64,000 nt of DNA from Chrysomallon squamiferum (Eukaryota; Animalia; Mollusca). The notes beneath the pieces are model-generated. The model searched no databases and was not told the origin of the DNA. It worked only from the letters and a program-made list of their open reading frames with translations. The stretch lies in contig CM022669.1 in NCBI GenBank assembly GCA_012295275.1, positions 6,200,001-6,264,000 on the forward strand, read 5' to 3'. A program made the translations under genes and the position numbers. This document shows positions 20,676 through 35,300 of the stretch, in pieces (position 1 is the first letter of the stretch; the number at the start of each line of letters is the position of its first letter).

Positions 20676-23600
20676 ATGAGACTGACATTGGTGGTAGGGA
20701 ATTACTTAAAAAAGTACATCAACCGAAATATAGCTGAAGCCACAGGAGTCACAGCAAGAAAACCTTTTCAGCTGGGCTGGCGAGAAGCACGCAAGAAGAA
20801 GTGGTATTATGATGAACATCAGCCATGGACTGATGCAGCCAAAGATCTAAATCGAGCTCTACAGTTCAAGAAAAAAGTGTTTTTGGAGCCATTGTCTGAT
20901 TCTGAATGGAAGATCTTCAAAGGTGATCGGGTAAGTGTTACCACTAAAATTCCTAATATCTATATTATTATATAGTTTTTAATGTATGACAGGGTGTAGA
21001 CATTAATGCTCGTAGATACTAAGATTTAAAGATTTAGTATAATTGCATGTTGTCTGAGCTTAGATTACAATTTCAGCCTGTGTCTTGAGTGTATTTATTA
21101 CAAGAATGAGAAGCCATATTATTAAACACACACACACACACACACACACAGATATGTATAAAAAAATGTGCTTAGGACAACAGCACAAACAGCACCAAAC
21201 AAATAGTTGTAGCAAGTAAAATTGAAATGTCTTAAAAACAAATATATTGTTTTTATTTATAAACATTTGTGAAAAATGGCACTTGTAGCAAGGTTTCACT
21301 AGATTTTGAGTGCATAACAAATAACACGATCACCTGAGTGTCGATATCACTATATTGTAATATCTTGCTGGGACAGTTATTTATTAATAAAACAAACATG
21401 AGAAGTTCGTAATAATCTATAAAAAGTTACCTACTGTTTTGTGTCTCCTTTTTGAAAAAAAAAAAAAAGAAATGAGAAGTAATATTATCTTGTTTTAAAA
21501 AAAAGTTGGAAATAACATTTCTGGCTTTTTTAACAGAAAATATAAAGCATTTTTAATAATTCCTTAAGAAAAATAAAATATGGCTAATTGCAGATGTATG
21601 TAACAAATTTATATATCACCTAATGAGATAAAGGGAAGTAGATAATACCATAAAGACTACTACTGCTGAAATAGATAGATAGATAGGTAGATATGGGTCG
21701 TTCCGTTTCAAATCACTCCAGAAAAAAAGTTTTAAACCTGAATGTCTCAGATTTTTATGCCATCCTAGGTAATCAGTTTAATTTTTTCTTACAGATAACA
21801 TAATTATTATTATGTTTGGAAGACCCCTTAAGAAATTTATATTACTCATGGAAACATTTAATTATTTATGGCTCTTGCTCCAATGATTAATAATCACTAT
21901 ATGTATATTGTTAAATGTTTTTCAAATCAGTTCAGCAAATTAGTGTTACTCCAGTTTGAGAGTACTACTTGTCCTAAAACATCAACGGGCAACTAACAAA
22001 TCAATTTTTGAGCCTTTTTGAAAATCAGCTCCCCGACTAAATGTGATAATAATTTTAATTTGAGAAGAGAAGATCAAGTAAATATGAAAAGGCAAGTTTA
22101 TATTTGTGTCAAATGCAGTTGCTGTCCATAGGAAAGGGAGATAATTATCAAAAATAAAAAACAATTCACAGTACTGTGGATGTATTAAAAAAGATAAGAA
22201 AAAAAATAATGAAATAATAATTATGGCAAATAAAGAATTACTAGAATTTTTTAATATATTCTGACAATAGGATCACTGACTTTCTCAAATGATGAACACT
22301 ACTTGAGATTGATCTATATACTTTTGAAAAAACATGCATCATTTGTTTTGGATGGTTCAAGTTTTACTACTAAATGAAACTCTTATGTTTATTTCACAGA
22401 TGTTTAGCTGTCTTAACTGCAAATTATAATTAAATGTTATCCACTTCAGTTAACTGGTTAACAAACTAATACAATATTTGTCTTGAGGCAAACGTTCAAA
22501 TCATGATGTTCAGGGCTATATTCTGAAATCCGTGTAAGGAATTCCAGACTAAACAGATATTCAGTCAAGAATATTTAACTTTAATAAATGTAAGATCTGA
22601 TTAGTAAATTAACAATGCCTTCAATATATTTTTAATCCAGTTATGTAAGCATCAGTTTTAATTGGTAATGCTTACATCCTAATAAAGATATAAAATTGCA
22701 AGTATTAAAATAAAACCAAAATTGTTAGTTCAAGATTATTCTGTTATTACACTAAAATTAAAACTATTAAATATATTATTATTAATTATTAAAATAATTT
22801 TATTTTAAGGGTTTGTTCATTGAAATTTGCTTGACACTCATGTAAAGACCACGTGGAAATGTTAAAAAAAGGGGAAAAAATTAAATTAAATAAACTTTAA
22901 AAACTATGTGGATCATTCCGTGTCAAATCACCCAATGGATTAAACCCAACCATCTCAGTTTTTTATGAAACTTGTACATTTGTTAACAAATCTGAAATTT
23001 TAGGCCAATTTGACCAGTGGTGTGGGAGATATGGCCTCCAAACTTTTGATATTTTCAGCTAAAATGGGTGTGATCACCAACCTTTGAACCCTCATATCTC
23101 AGGAACTACTGGGCCAGTATGACAGGGATTCCAAATATGCCATTATTGTTCAGTTTGAAGAATGTTGGGGTGCACCGACCGTTTGACCTTTGTTATGACC
23201 TTGAAATTGACCTTGTATATCACGTGACCTTGAGATGACCTTTCTTGAAATTTAATCTCCCACATGTTAACTAAAACATATAAAAGTTTCAGAGGTGTAA
23301 TATTCTTTGTTCAGGAGCAGTACACATTCAAAAAGTGCATGTTTATGAAAATAACATCTTTTCTGCCATTTCTGATTAGCTAAAACCTGAATGACCAATT
23401 CCTGATGCTGTGAACCCGTGAGGGTCCATGAATGGAATGAAGAAATCTCCATGCTCTTCTGAAATGTCCTTAACTAGCCCAACCCATGCTTCATTGTCAT
23501 ACAGACAACAAATATAGTTTTGCTTCTTGGCTCCTCTGGTAAACTCTGTTATATCATTTTCAAAATCCTGAACAGATACTACTCCAGGTGGGTCATTCTG

Positions 23601-26600
23601 CAGGCTCAGCTTGTAGGCATGCATCTTTGACTTAGACACTGGAACTAACCAGTGAAATTGCTGTGTTCCCTTGACCGTTTTGGCCACTTGAAAACGTGAA
23701 TACCCGGAATATTCTTGATGCAGAAGTCCATGGTCAGTGTTGGTTCTGTGTAAGGATGCTGCAAACTGGCCTTTGTCAGCAACCTCTTCACCATCGCCCC
23801 CCCCCCCAATTCCATCATAGGCACTTTTGCCATGGCTTGTTGCAAAAAGTCCCATTCACCTTCCAACCCAAAGTCCTCTTCATGATGGCTCAGGTTAACA
23901 AAATTGTTCTTATTTTTATATGGTCCAGCACAGCCATCAGTGTCACAAAATAGTGCAGTGAACTGAATTGATCTTAGACTAGTTTTATCTCAGGCACAAT
24001 CACTGTATTACTTTAAAATATAGCAGTCATAGTAGTAGTAAATGTACCACTAATCTTATATTAGACATAATAGTAATTGAAGTAATAATAGTAAAAGTTT
24101 TAGTTGCAGAAGTATCATTATTGTAATACCCGTAGAAGTATTTGTATTTTAGTAGTACTAGTATTATGATGATGATGATGATGATAACAATAATGATAAT
24201 GATAATTAAAGCAATATTAATGCTACAAGTAGTAGTAGAAATTGTGGAAGTAGTCTCATAGATGTAGTAGTAGTAGTAGTGGCAATAGACAGTAGAAGAT
24301 ACAATAGTAATATAGAGGGAGTGTTAGTATAATTAGTAGGTACTAGAAAAAGTGGTAGGATTAATCATAGTGTTAGTAGTAGAAGAAGTAGTGTCAGTAG
24401 AAGTAGCAAAATAAGAAATAGCTATTGTAGTAGTTGTTGATGTAATGGTGATGCTAGTTGTAGTAGAGGTAGTAACAGAATATGTGATAATAAAAGTAAC
24501 AGTGGTGGCAATGATGATGACAATAGTTGTTCTAATAATAAATGTAGTAATAGCACCATTAGTAACAGTAGTAATGGTAGAAATACTGGTGGTGGTAGAA
24601 ATAATACCTGTTGTGGTGGTGGTGGTGGTGGTAGTAGTAGTAGTGGAGGTGCTGGTAATAACAGGAGCCATTTGACATGAAATGACACAATAGCATGTAA
24701 AAGCAGGAATTCAGCTTGTAAACAATTTAGTATGTACTGAGGTAGCTACTGGAGATACCTGTGAACATTTTGTATATACTATTGTTAATTTATGACAGCT
24801 CAGACAATGACAGTCAAATACTGACACAAATTAATAATAATTATAATAGAAATTGATTATTATACTTTTTTATAGTTTAACAGTCTACCTGCCTTTTTGT
24901 ATTCTTTTTTTTTTTTTTTTCGAGGAATATTCATAACATAAATTTCAAACATGAGATAATATAATTTTCTCACAAGTATATTTTATATTTATTCTTAAAT
25001 TCCATCTTTTAAGACCAAAAATTAGAAGTATGCTGATGCCAAATAATGATGATACTGTATCAGCACTATCATGACACATAATAAATATACTGAAATATAT
25101 TGAGTCATGAGTGTAAATCTTTATCATAATATATATGAACATCTCACATTTGATTGTTTTCGAAGTATTTTCCAATATGCATTAAAGTGAAAAAAGTCCT
25201 TCTTAACTTGTTTTTTCTAATTAAAGATTTTCTTTCTAATCAAAGATTTTAAAATATATCATCTGCCATTGATAAAACACATTTATCTGTTTATTACTTG
25301 TATGTCCACAAGACAGTTCATGTGTGTGACTGTGCGTAATGCATACAAATTGCATAGATGTACACGTGCATACTACTAGCTCTTAAATGTCATTACTGTC
25401 AGTGATCGAGTTGCTAGTTTTTTTTTTAATCTATGAGTTTGTTCTTTCACAGTTGAAAGAAATTTTTGTGACCTAATTATCTGATTAACTTGTCTAATTC
25501 TCTTAGGCTACTTAAAATCTATTCAGTTAAGTTTTAATTATCTTCCTTGTTCAGTGTTGTTGATGGTAAAACCTCCTTAAATAATTTACATCAGTTTAAT
25601 TTATTTCTTCAGAATATTTTATTGTAGATAAAATTTAAAAAATATAATAATAGCAAAGAATACCAGATTTTACAAAATCATTAGAATTAATTAATTTATT
25701 AAATAACAGAAATTCTCCAGCTAATGATTATATGTGGATATATATGTATATATAACAAACATTTTTCTTCATGTTGAACACACACAAACAGATGTTTATA
25801 TATGCTGCTGATAACGATTTCTCTACAACAAACACATGTAGGTGGAGCATGCTATACAAGTGTTGTATGCTGACTTACTTCAGGGGAACTGGGTCAAGCA
25901 GTGTATGTAATTACTTGTATGTAGATAGATTTATTTTGAGATGATAGCTCTGTAGGTTTACCTACGTGTCTTACCCACAGGCTTCTGCTGAGTCAGTCAT
26001 CTACCACTTGTGCTTGGACATGCATACAACAGGGGTAGTGTATTGTGTGTGAATGTGTAGTTTGAGTATACTGAGCATCAGAGTGATTGTAGTGTAGGAG
26101 TGTGTAAATTGGGTGTGATGAATGTGTCATTTGGGTGTTTAACTTAAAGTGTGTTTTGATGGGATGTAGATGTATGTGTGTGTGGATGGGTGTTTAAATA
26201 TGTATGATGCTGAGGCACAAGAAAAATTTGCTGAAATGTAACAGTGGTGTAAATTAATGTAAATGTTGAGAAATGCATACTCATGCAAAGAGTTGAGCCA
26301 CATTTTCAGCAATCTAATTTGACGTTTATACTTTCCTGTAAATGTTTATGCAAGTGCGATTTGATGCATAATTCTTTATAATCTCATTCTCAAAAAAAAC
26401 TCATCTTTTCTATGTAGTTAATGTTACCTTAACAGAATTTAATTAAATATATATGTAAATGTGTTAGTTCTTGGTCCTAGAGAAATAAACAGAATCCTTG
26501 TTTTAATTTTTTTTGTTTTGCTTTAATGACTGCCTTCTTGAAACAAACTAACAAAATAAACATGTGAAGATTGAAAGAAAACAATGAGAAGAAAATTTAT

Positions 26601-29600
26601 TATTAGTTTCATTTTATGTATTTTTGATTTTTATTCTGAATAAATAAAATAATTTCCATTATGACTGCATTTTTTATATTTTTTTAAATTTTAATAAAAA
26701 AAAAATTTCTCTCAATTCATGATGGATTTTAAATTTAACTTTAATTTAGATCTGACACAGGCTGTATGTATTATTTTAGTTTTTTTTTTTTTTTTTCAAA
26801 AATGATTTCACTTAAATATTTTACTTCAAAATACACCCTGTCATATCCTTTATCATTTTGTTATTTTTGTTTTATAACAAATTTAATTTAAATAATTTAC
26901 ATTAAAAATATACTGTGGGTGATAGTTTTATATTGTTTTATAACTATATTTCTGCAGTAGACTTAATTTAAATACACCTAATACTGGCACATCATCATTT
27001 TTATTATTACGTATAATACATATATTTTGTTTATACATTTAAATTACACCTTTGTATGGGCATTTTTATGCGAATAACATTTTTGTTTTCATGCCAGGTT
27101 ATAATTAAATTATGTACATTTACAATTGGCTTTATTGTCACGATAGCACACAATGTTAAAAATATTAACGTACTTTAGGGTCACTAACCACATTATGCTC
27201 CAGTAGTGGGTGTGAGCATGTGACTTGTATATTTGACCCATTTCTCTCACTCTCCGCTGGCTGCCTGCCAATTGCCAGTGTTTATTCCTGGCGCTTTCAA
27301 AATGTAGCCCTGTTACGTCAAGTTACGTTACAGCCTGCCTGGGCCTCACAGGGCCACCAGTTTGATTTGTAACCAGCAAGTGGTTTTTTAACAAGATGCC
27401 CAGAGAAAGCTGAGATCAGCAACTACTACTGCCGTTTATTATTATCACCATTGTTAACAGAAACGTCATGGGCTAAATCAAGTGACTTGTATCGTCAGAA
27501 ATGGATTTTTCATTAAGGGGAAGGGAGGGCAAAGAAGAGGATTGCTTTTTTTTTAGTTGTTTTTTTCTCCCCGCTCTTGGAACTTGCTGCCGAATGCTAG
27601 GAAGCACAGAGATTTTTGGCACAGGTGATTACTCCAAGATGAGCCGACCGAAGCCAGCAGCACAAAGCAATTATTTTTGGGAGATGCCAAATAAAGCCTG
27701 TAGTGAAACACTTTTAGCTGGATACAGCTCAGATCTGGGTCATTTCAAGCCAGTCAGTTTGGCTACATTAAGGTGAGGAATATAAATAACCTACAATAAA
27801 CTGTATACATGTATAGATGTTTTTTTTTATTATTTTATTTTTTAATTTAAATATTTATTTATTTGTAGAAATTTCTAGCATTGTGTATTATTATTATTAT
27901 TTTTTTTAATAATTCAAGCTTATGTGACTGTTTGTCAGACCAGCGATCAATAGAGCTAAAAAAAAAAAAAAAAAAAAAAAACTCGGTCAGCTTGGCCCAG
28001 TGAAATAATAAGGTCAGTGGTTCTTGTTGGAATGACAAGTGGTGGAAACAGGTCACCAGTTGAGAAACAAACATGTAGCTGTTATCTCCTAGCTTTGATA
28101 CACACATTTTAATACCAAGAGTACATTGGACGCATTCACTCCATACTCATTGTTCACTTCTTTTCTTTTTCTTTTCAGTTAATGATATTGATTTCTAAGC
28201 TAGGAAAAACTCAATTTATTTATTCACGCATGACAGAATAAATGTTTTATTACTATGCCTACATGTAAACAGGGTTTTTGTAAACGTGCACATATATCCA
28301 TGTCTATTAATATATTCACCTTGTGAGCTGTTTCTACCTGCAGTTTTTAACATTTGTTCATTTTGTGTTATTTGACTTTATTCAGTACGTTCTAAGATAG
28401 ATGAAAGGTAACAAATATATTTTTGAAATGTTGTGTTGATGTTGTTTTTTTCATCTTCTTTTTCATTAAAATGAAAACATTTACATAAATGTTTTTATTT
28501 TTTTTATTGTTTTTTTTATGGTTATTATTTATTTTATTTTTTTATTGTTTGTGTTGTTTTGGGGGGTTTTTTTTTTTTTTGTCTTTCTTATTCTTGGTTG
28601 CTTCTGGTGTAAGGCATGATTGTTTTCTTTCTTTTTTTTGCTTTTGCTTTTTTTTTTAAATTGAAATATAACTTTCTAAATCTTTTGATGAATTTAATTG
28701 TTAATTTTAATAGTGTATCCAATTTTTAAATTATTTTTTGTATCATGAATTTAATTGTATTTTTTAATTTTTTTATTATGTGAGTTTGAGTTAGTTATTC
28801 ATTATATTGTTTCTTTTACTGATATTTATTTCAAATTATTTTATCTTAATTGTATAATTTTTTGTTGCTTTTATTTATTTTTATTTCTCTTTGCTGAAAT
28901 GGCTGTCTTATATTTTTTGAAGGAGTGTTTCTGACTAAACAGTTTAATTTAATCTTATATTTCTTGTACTGGTTTTTTTAATGTGAAATTATGGACATCT
29001 GAACACTTGAACTTGTTTAATGGAAATATTCCAGAAGAATTGTGGAAACTGGAAAACATCGTCACACTACATGATTTAACTGTTGTAGATTTTTTGTTTT
29101 GTACTTGTCTTTTACTTCTTTGTTCAGTTACTTTTTTATTTTTTGTTTTGTTATTTATTTATATTTTTTGTTTTGTTTTGATTTTTTGGAGGGGTTGTGA
29201 GTTCAAAATACATTTTTCAGATATGATAAACAATCTGAAATTCTGAATAAAAATATTTTGAAATTTCAAAATTTCAAAAATCCAGATGGGGAAATAAAGA
29301 TTGTTCATCAAAAATCATCATAATGTTTTGCCAGAAGTTTACAGGTTCATCATTGTGATTATTTAATTTACCAATGATAGCAGTAACAAACAAATTTAAA
29401 ATACACATGAAGAGTTTTATCTCACAACATGATAAATACCAAAATGAAAAACAAATGAAGTCACTGCCACTTACATACCAGCAATTGGTAGCCAAGTATC
29501 ACCATGTTTCCACTTTTTGGCAGAACATTATATAAACTACAGCTTTTGGTACTGAAAGATATGATGAGCAACATTTGTTGTCATTTTATCATATTTGGAA

Positions 29601-30375
29601 ACTAGTGCCATTTTATGATTAAACCCTTCAACAACATCATCATAATTAACAAATGGTTTAAACTTCAGTTCCCCAGAAAACTTTTAATATTCACAGAATT
29701 TTATTAACATTGATTAGCTGATTTAATCTTGACCCTCCAATAAATTTTAATCTTGAATTATTTGGACTAATTCTTGTGAAATAAAAAATGTTATTTGTAG
29801 AATTATCAAGCATGTTTCATTTGACAAGATTTTCAGTTAGTAAGTCACTTTGTTGGATAATTAGGAATGGTTAATGAAGGGTGCACCAATATGTAAATAT
29901 ATCAGAAATGAAAGCTGTTGTGATTATGTTAAAAAATCTTAAATATTTAATCCAATTAGAACTTACTTTACTCACTACTGGCGTAAACATAACTCCTATT
30001 TTATTTATTTTTACAAATATATGTGTGTATTATTATTAGTTTTTAATAGTGTGTATCTAACAATCAACTTTTCTTCCTTACTCTTATTCAAATAAAATTT
30101 ATGTTCCTGTTTTATTTATTTATTTTTTTTTAATGTTGTACTATTAAGATATATTTAAATTAACATCTAATTTCACCAAGGTTTTAAATAAAATCTTCTG
30201 ATAATAGAGATTTTCACATTGGAGTTGTTAATACATTGTCTCAAATAATATTTAAAAAATAATAATAATAATTATTATTATTATAAACAGAAGAAAAGAA
30301 TAAAGAATAATAATGAAATCTATAAATTTTCTTTTAAGAAACATGTTTTTTTTTTCCAGTAGTTTAAATGGTTTA

Positions 30376-30410
<35 letters not shown>

Positions 30411-32324
30411 TATACACATATATATATACATACATAAATACATATACACATACATTTTAAGTATATTTGTTGCTTTCAGTAGTTATCAGTTCACTCTGAT
30501 CTGCATTGCTTTGTTATTTAATTTGTGTTCATTTTTTCATTGTGCATGTTTCTTTATATATATGTTTTTATTTTTTTTTCCAAGTACCTAAATTCATATT
30601 TTGTTATAAAATGCCTGTTGGGTGCATTTTAGTATTAGAAATGTTTTCTTTATTACAAATATTTTCTTTATTAGAACCTAAAGGATGGATAAGTTAAGTT
30701 AATGAAGTTACAAAACCACTGACCTGGCAAAAAAAAAATATTAATGATAGTGATGAAAATGAAGTGAATTTCTTTTAATTTTAAGTTTCATGACAGTAAT
30801 TAGTCATTTCTTTGTAATATTCTTCTTCATTTATTTTATTTTGTATTTTACTCTCTTTTTTCTTCCTTTCTTGTTGTCCATCTGTTTTAGTTCTTTATTC
30901 TTCTTTTTCTTTTCTTCTTTTTTCATTGTTTTCATTTGTTAAAAAACAAATACTTATTTTTAAACTTAGACTTTTAATATGCTTAACGAAAAGAAATTGG
31001 CTCCACAGATTTTTACAAAATATGTTTTGTCTATCTTCAGGTGGCCTTCACTACTGACACAATGTCTCAGATTCAAGAAGGTATTCTACTTGGTGTAGGA
31101 AATCCACTGTTGGATATTTCAATACATGCTGACCAAAAATTTCTTGACAAATATGGCCTTCTGCCCAACAATGCCATTATTGCAGAAGAAAAACACAGCA
31201 AAATGTTCAATGAAATTGTCCAGAATTTTAAACCTAGTTACTTGGCAGGGGGAGCAACGCAAAACAGCATTCGTGTGGCACAGTGGCTGCTGCAGAAACC
31301 GAAAGCAACAACATTTTTTGGTGGTGTGGGAGACGATAAGTTTAAGACGATTTTGGAAGAGAAGGCTCGGCAAGTCGGAGTGAATGTCTTTTACGATGTT
31401 CATCCTGGCGAGAAGACGGGAATCTGTGCTGCCATTATCACAGGTGAAAATCGATCACTGGTCTCAGAACTTGGAGCTGCAGAAAAATTTTCACTGAAAT
31501 TTCTCGAAAATCCCCAAAACTGGAAGTACGTAGAAACTGCTCAGTACTATTATATTGGTGGATTTTTGCTTCCTGTGAACCCGAAATCCATAACAAAGAT
31601 CGTAAAGCATGCTGCAGAAAATAACAAGACTGTAGCAATGAATTTGCACGCTACTTTCCTCTGCCACCATTTCACCGATCCAAACCTTGGAATTATGAAG
31701 TACATTGACGTCCTGTTTGGAAACAATGATGAAGCTGCTGATTTTTCGAAACATCAGGGTTTCAAGACTAGCAGTGTCAAAGAAATGGCACTGATGATGT
31801 CAGACCTGCCAAAAATAAATCCCTCCAAGAAAAGAATCGTTGTGGTCACACAAGGAAAGGAACCAACGTTTCTTGCCCATGATGGCACTGTTAGGGAATT
31901 CCCAGTCGAGCCAGTGGACCCAAAGAAAATTAAGGATACAAATGGGTGTGGAGATTCATTTGTTGGTGGATTTTTGTCGCAGATGGTTCAGGGCAAGTCC
32001 ATCGATGACTGCATGCGTTGTGGATTCTATGCAGCCAATGTTGTTATACAAAACTATGGCTGCACTTTTCCAGAAAAGCCTAATTTTAAATGAGTTTGTT
32101 TGCCATAATTAGTTAGTATTATTGTCTCAACCAGTTTTGGCCAAAATACACCAGCAGACTGTTACATATTCAGTTTTGTTTTTGTGCCTACCTTTTACCA
32201 AGTGCCTCTTGTTAATGTTAATTAATTTTTTTTTTTTAATTGTTGTTATCTAGTTGAATTTATTTTAGGAAAATTAAAATGTGTTCTTTATTACTGTTCA
32301 TCTGCATCAAAGAAAATGTTTGTC

Positions 32325-32378
<54 letters not shown>

Positions 32379-35300
32379 AAATAATAAAATAGAAAATACA
32401 AATTAAGTAATCAGAATTTATATTTAAAAGCAATAAAATTAATACAAATAATCTGGAATTGGTAAATGACCTTTGTAGGGCAAATAAACTAATATTGACA
32501 TTTTTTTTTTTTTTAACTTAATATGATTTGTGTTTTAACATAATACGATTTGTTGATCAATAGGAAACATATTTAAAGTTAATTTATATTTCTCTTCATA
32601 ATAACCAAAATAAGTTTTTGAATATATATTATAGGTCATAGATTTAAAATGATAATATATCAATACATATAATTTAACGAAAATATTTTAAAAACTGAAT
32701 TGTGTATCAAAACATATTTATATTCCACTTGCAGCTTAAAATGTTATTACCTGAGTTATCTTTATATTCTTTATAACCACCGACATTAATACATACTCAC
32801 TTCTTATCATTGTTATTGCTACAGGGGTTACCACAGTGATATTATTACAGTATATGCTGTTCTCATATATGTGTATAATTATATCTAATAACATAAACAT
32901 TTATTTCTTATCGTTAAATAATTCCAGTGTATTATGCATTTAATTTCATCACTTTTGGATCTTTAGTATGATAGAATGCACTCCTCATTATGTCTATAAA
33001 AATTTACGAACTCAAGTTTTGGAAAAACAAATAAAAAATTAAGTTTGATTATAATTATTGTGTATTGTTCAAGAAAATGTTTATCATTGTGCCAAAACAA
33101 AATATGATAAAAAAAAAAAAAAAAATGTTTTTAACCTGATAATGTCAGAAATTAGACAAGTAAATTAATTAAGGCTTAAAAAACAGGTTTAATTATATAT
33201 ATATATATATATTAAAACACCTACATATTCAAGCAACATCCAGCTATTCGATTACAGCAGGTGACAAATATTTCAGACAAAACATTTTGAGGTTTGCATT
33301 CAACATCATCTTCTGATTCTCACCTGTGACTTAAAATGGCACAATGTACAGATAAAAAATAATTTATTAGAGTGTGGAAGATATGTGTTGTATTATGCCA
33401 TGATCTGAAATCCAAGTATTTAAAATATCATCATTTCACTTCACAGGTATGTTAGAAAAGAGTGATGTTAACAATAATAATGGTAGTGACAGTATTGGAG
33501 ATAATATTAATTATAATTATAGTAATAAAGGTGATGCTTGTGGAAAAAATTAAAAATTAAAAATATAAAAAAAATCCCTTGCAGCTGTAATAGATATCCA
33601 AGTTTTAATCCCTTCTTTAAGAAGTATTTGCTATGATATGAAATGTTGTAGGTCAGATTTACCATGCTGTTGACAAATAATTTTAATAATATTATAACAA
33701 AGATATGTAATCCATTGTATGCTAATAAAATACAAGTTTTTCACAGTAAGCATGGATATAAATTTAAAATACTTTTTAAGTGGCTCAAATGTATTACTGG
33801 TTTATTTTTAAAAAGTAAATTTAATGAGTATGCATAGTAAAATTTTTTTTTTTTTTAAAGCAGGATTTAATATAACATGAAATATACATACATATATATA
33901 AAACACTGTTTTAAAAGTATGTTGTTTATCTGTATACACTTTTTTAATACTAACATCTATTTTAGTGTTATTGTCTGTTCATGGTTTGATGGTTGTGTTT
34001 AAATTGTTGCTTCCAAACATTTCACAGTTTGTTTTTTTACTAATAATTTGTTTTTGCTACAGTTTTATCACTTCCATTATTTTATTCTTGTGGGAGTGTT
34101 TTTTTGTTTGTTTTTTATTATTATTATTTCTTAATGTTTTTCTCAAATTAAAGGTTCTGCAAAGGATTCACAAATGATATTTTCTTTAAGTAAAAATCTA
34201 AATATATAAAAGTAAAATTCTGATAACCACTGATTATTTTAAAATCAGTAATAATTTTGTTGACAGCTGATAATTATATTGGTAATTGCAAGTAATTTAT
34301 ATAACTGTCTGTTGTTCCCTTACCTCTGAGCCAATCATTTCATTGTCAAGCAGCAAATGTAATTCATGTTTTTGAGTTCGTTCCACTGAGTTCCGGCTTG
34401 ACATTCTAAGCTTGCTTTTATTTCAGTTTGTTTTCAGTTTGAATATCTGTGATGATCTCATTGTGTGAGATATTTGTGTTATGGTTTTAAATTACATTCA
34501 CTTTGTATGTCTATCAGTTTACAGTGTTCGTGACACTTGGCAGGAAAAATTATTGGTTGAAATCTAAACCAGATGCATGTAGCTTGAAGTCTGTAGTGAA
34601 ACCAAATACTGACATTTTCCTGAAAGTGTAAAACTGTGGACAGAATATGTGGCATTCTCAATGATGTTTGTAAATAGAATGGAATGATTATAGCTTTGGT
34701 TATCCTTGAACATTATGCTGTCATCTTGTTGTTTGCCATTTTTCTATATTCATTTGCATACCAAAATAAAATTTACAAAAATAAATATCTATATATATAT
34801 ATTTAAATATCACCAATCATTGGATTTTTAAAAAGTGATCTTTAAACCCCCCTATAAAAAATAAAATAAAAATAAAAATAAATAAATAAAAATTTACAAG
34901 CGCCTAAAAAAAAAAAAAAAAAATACGAAAGATAAGGAAAGTGCTGTAATTTAAAGCTATTTTAAAGCATATTTTACTTTATGGATCTAAATTGTAGACT
35001 ACAATGAATCCAGTTTGAAGTATTGAAAACAAAAGAGTTACAAACTAAAGAAAGACAACCAGATGACATCATTTAAAAGTGTGATGTATTACAGCTCCTC
35101 CAGGCAGCACTGTACAGCATTGGTGTTAGAAACTGACAGTACACTTTACTAATACAGCCTATCTCTTCTCTTCAGTTATGGTGACATTATATTCAGCAGC
35201 AGCTACGATTCCATGTAATTAGCAGGTATTAACTTCCTTACTGAAGTTTGATCAAATTAACTCTTTACAGACAAGATGGATTCCCTCGGTCTGGTGTAGC

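Noticed and set aside
24333-24688. Thr-rich mucin-like ORF and overlapping poly-Val/poly-Leu ORFs
   Set aside because: Low-complexity trinucleotide tract open in several frames; no splice or homology support.
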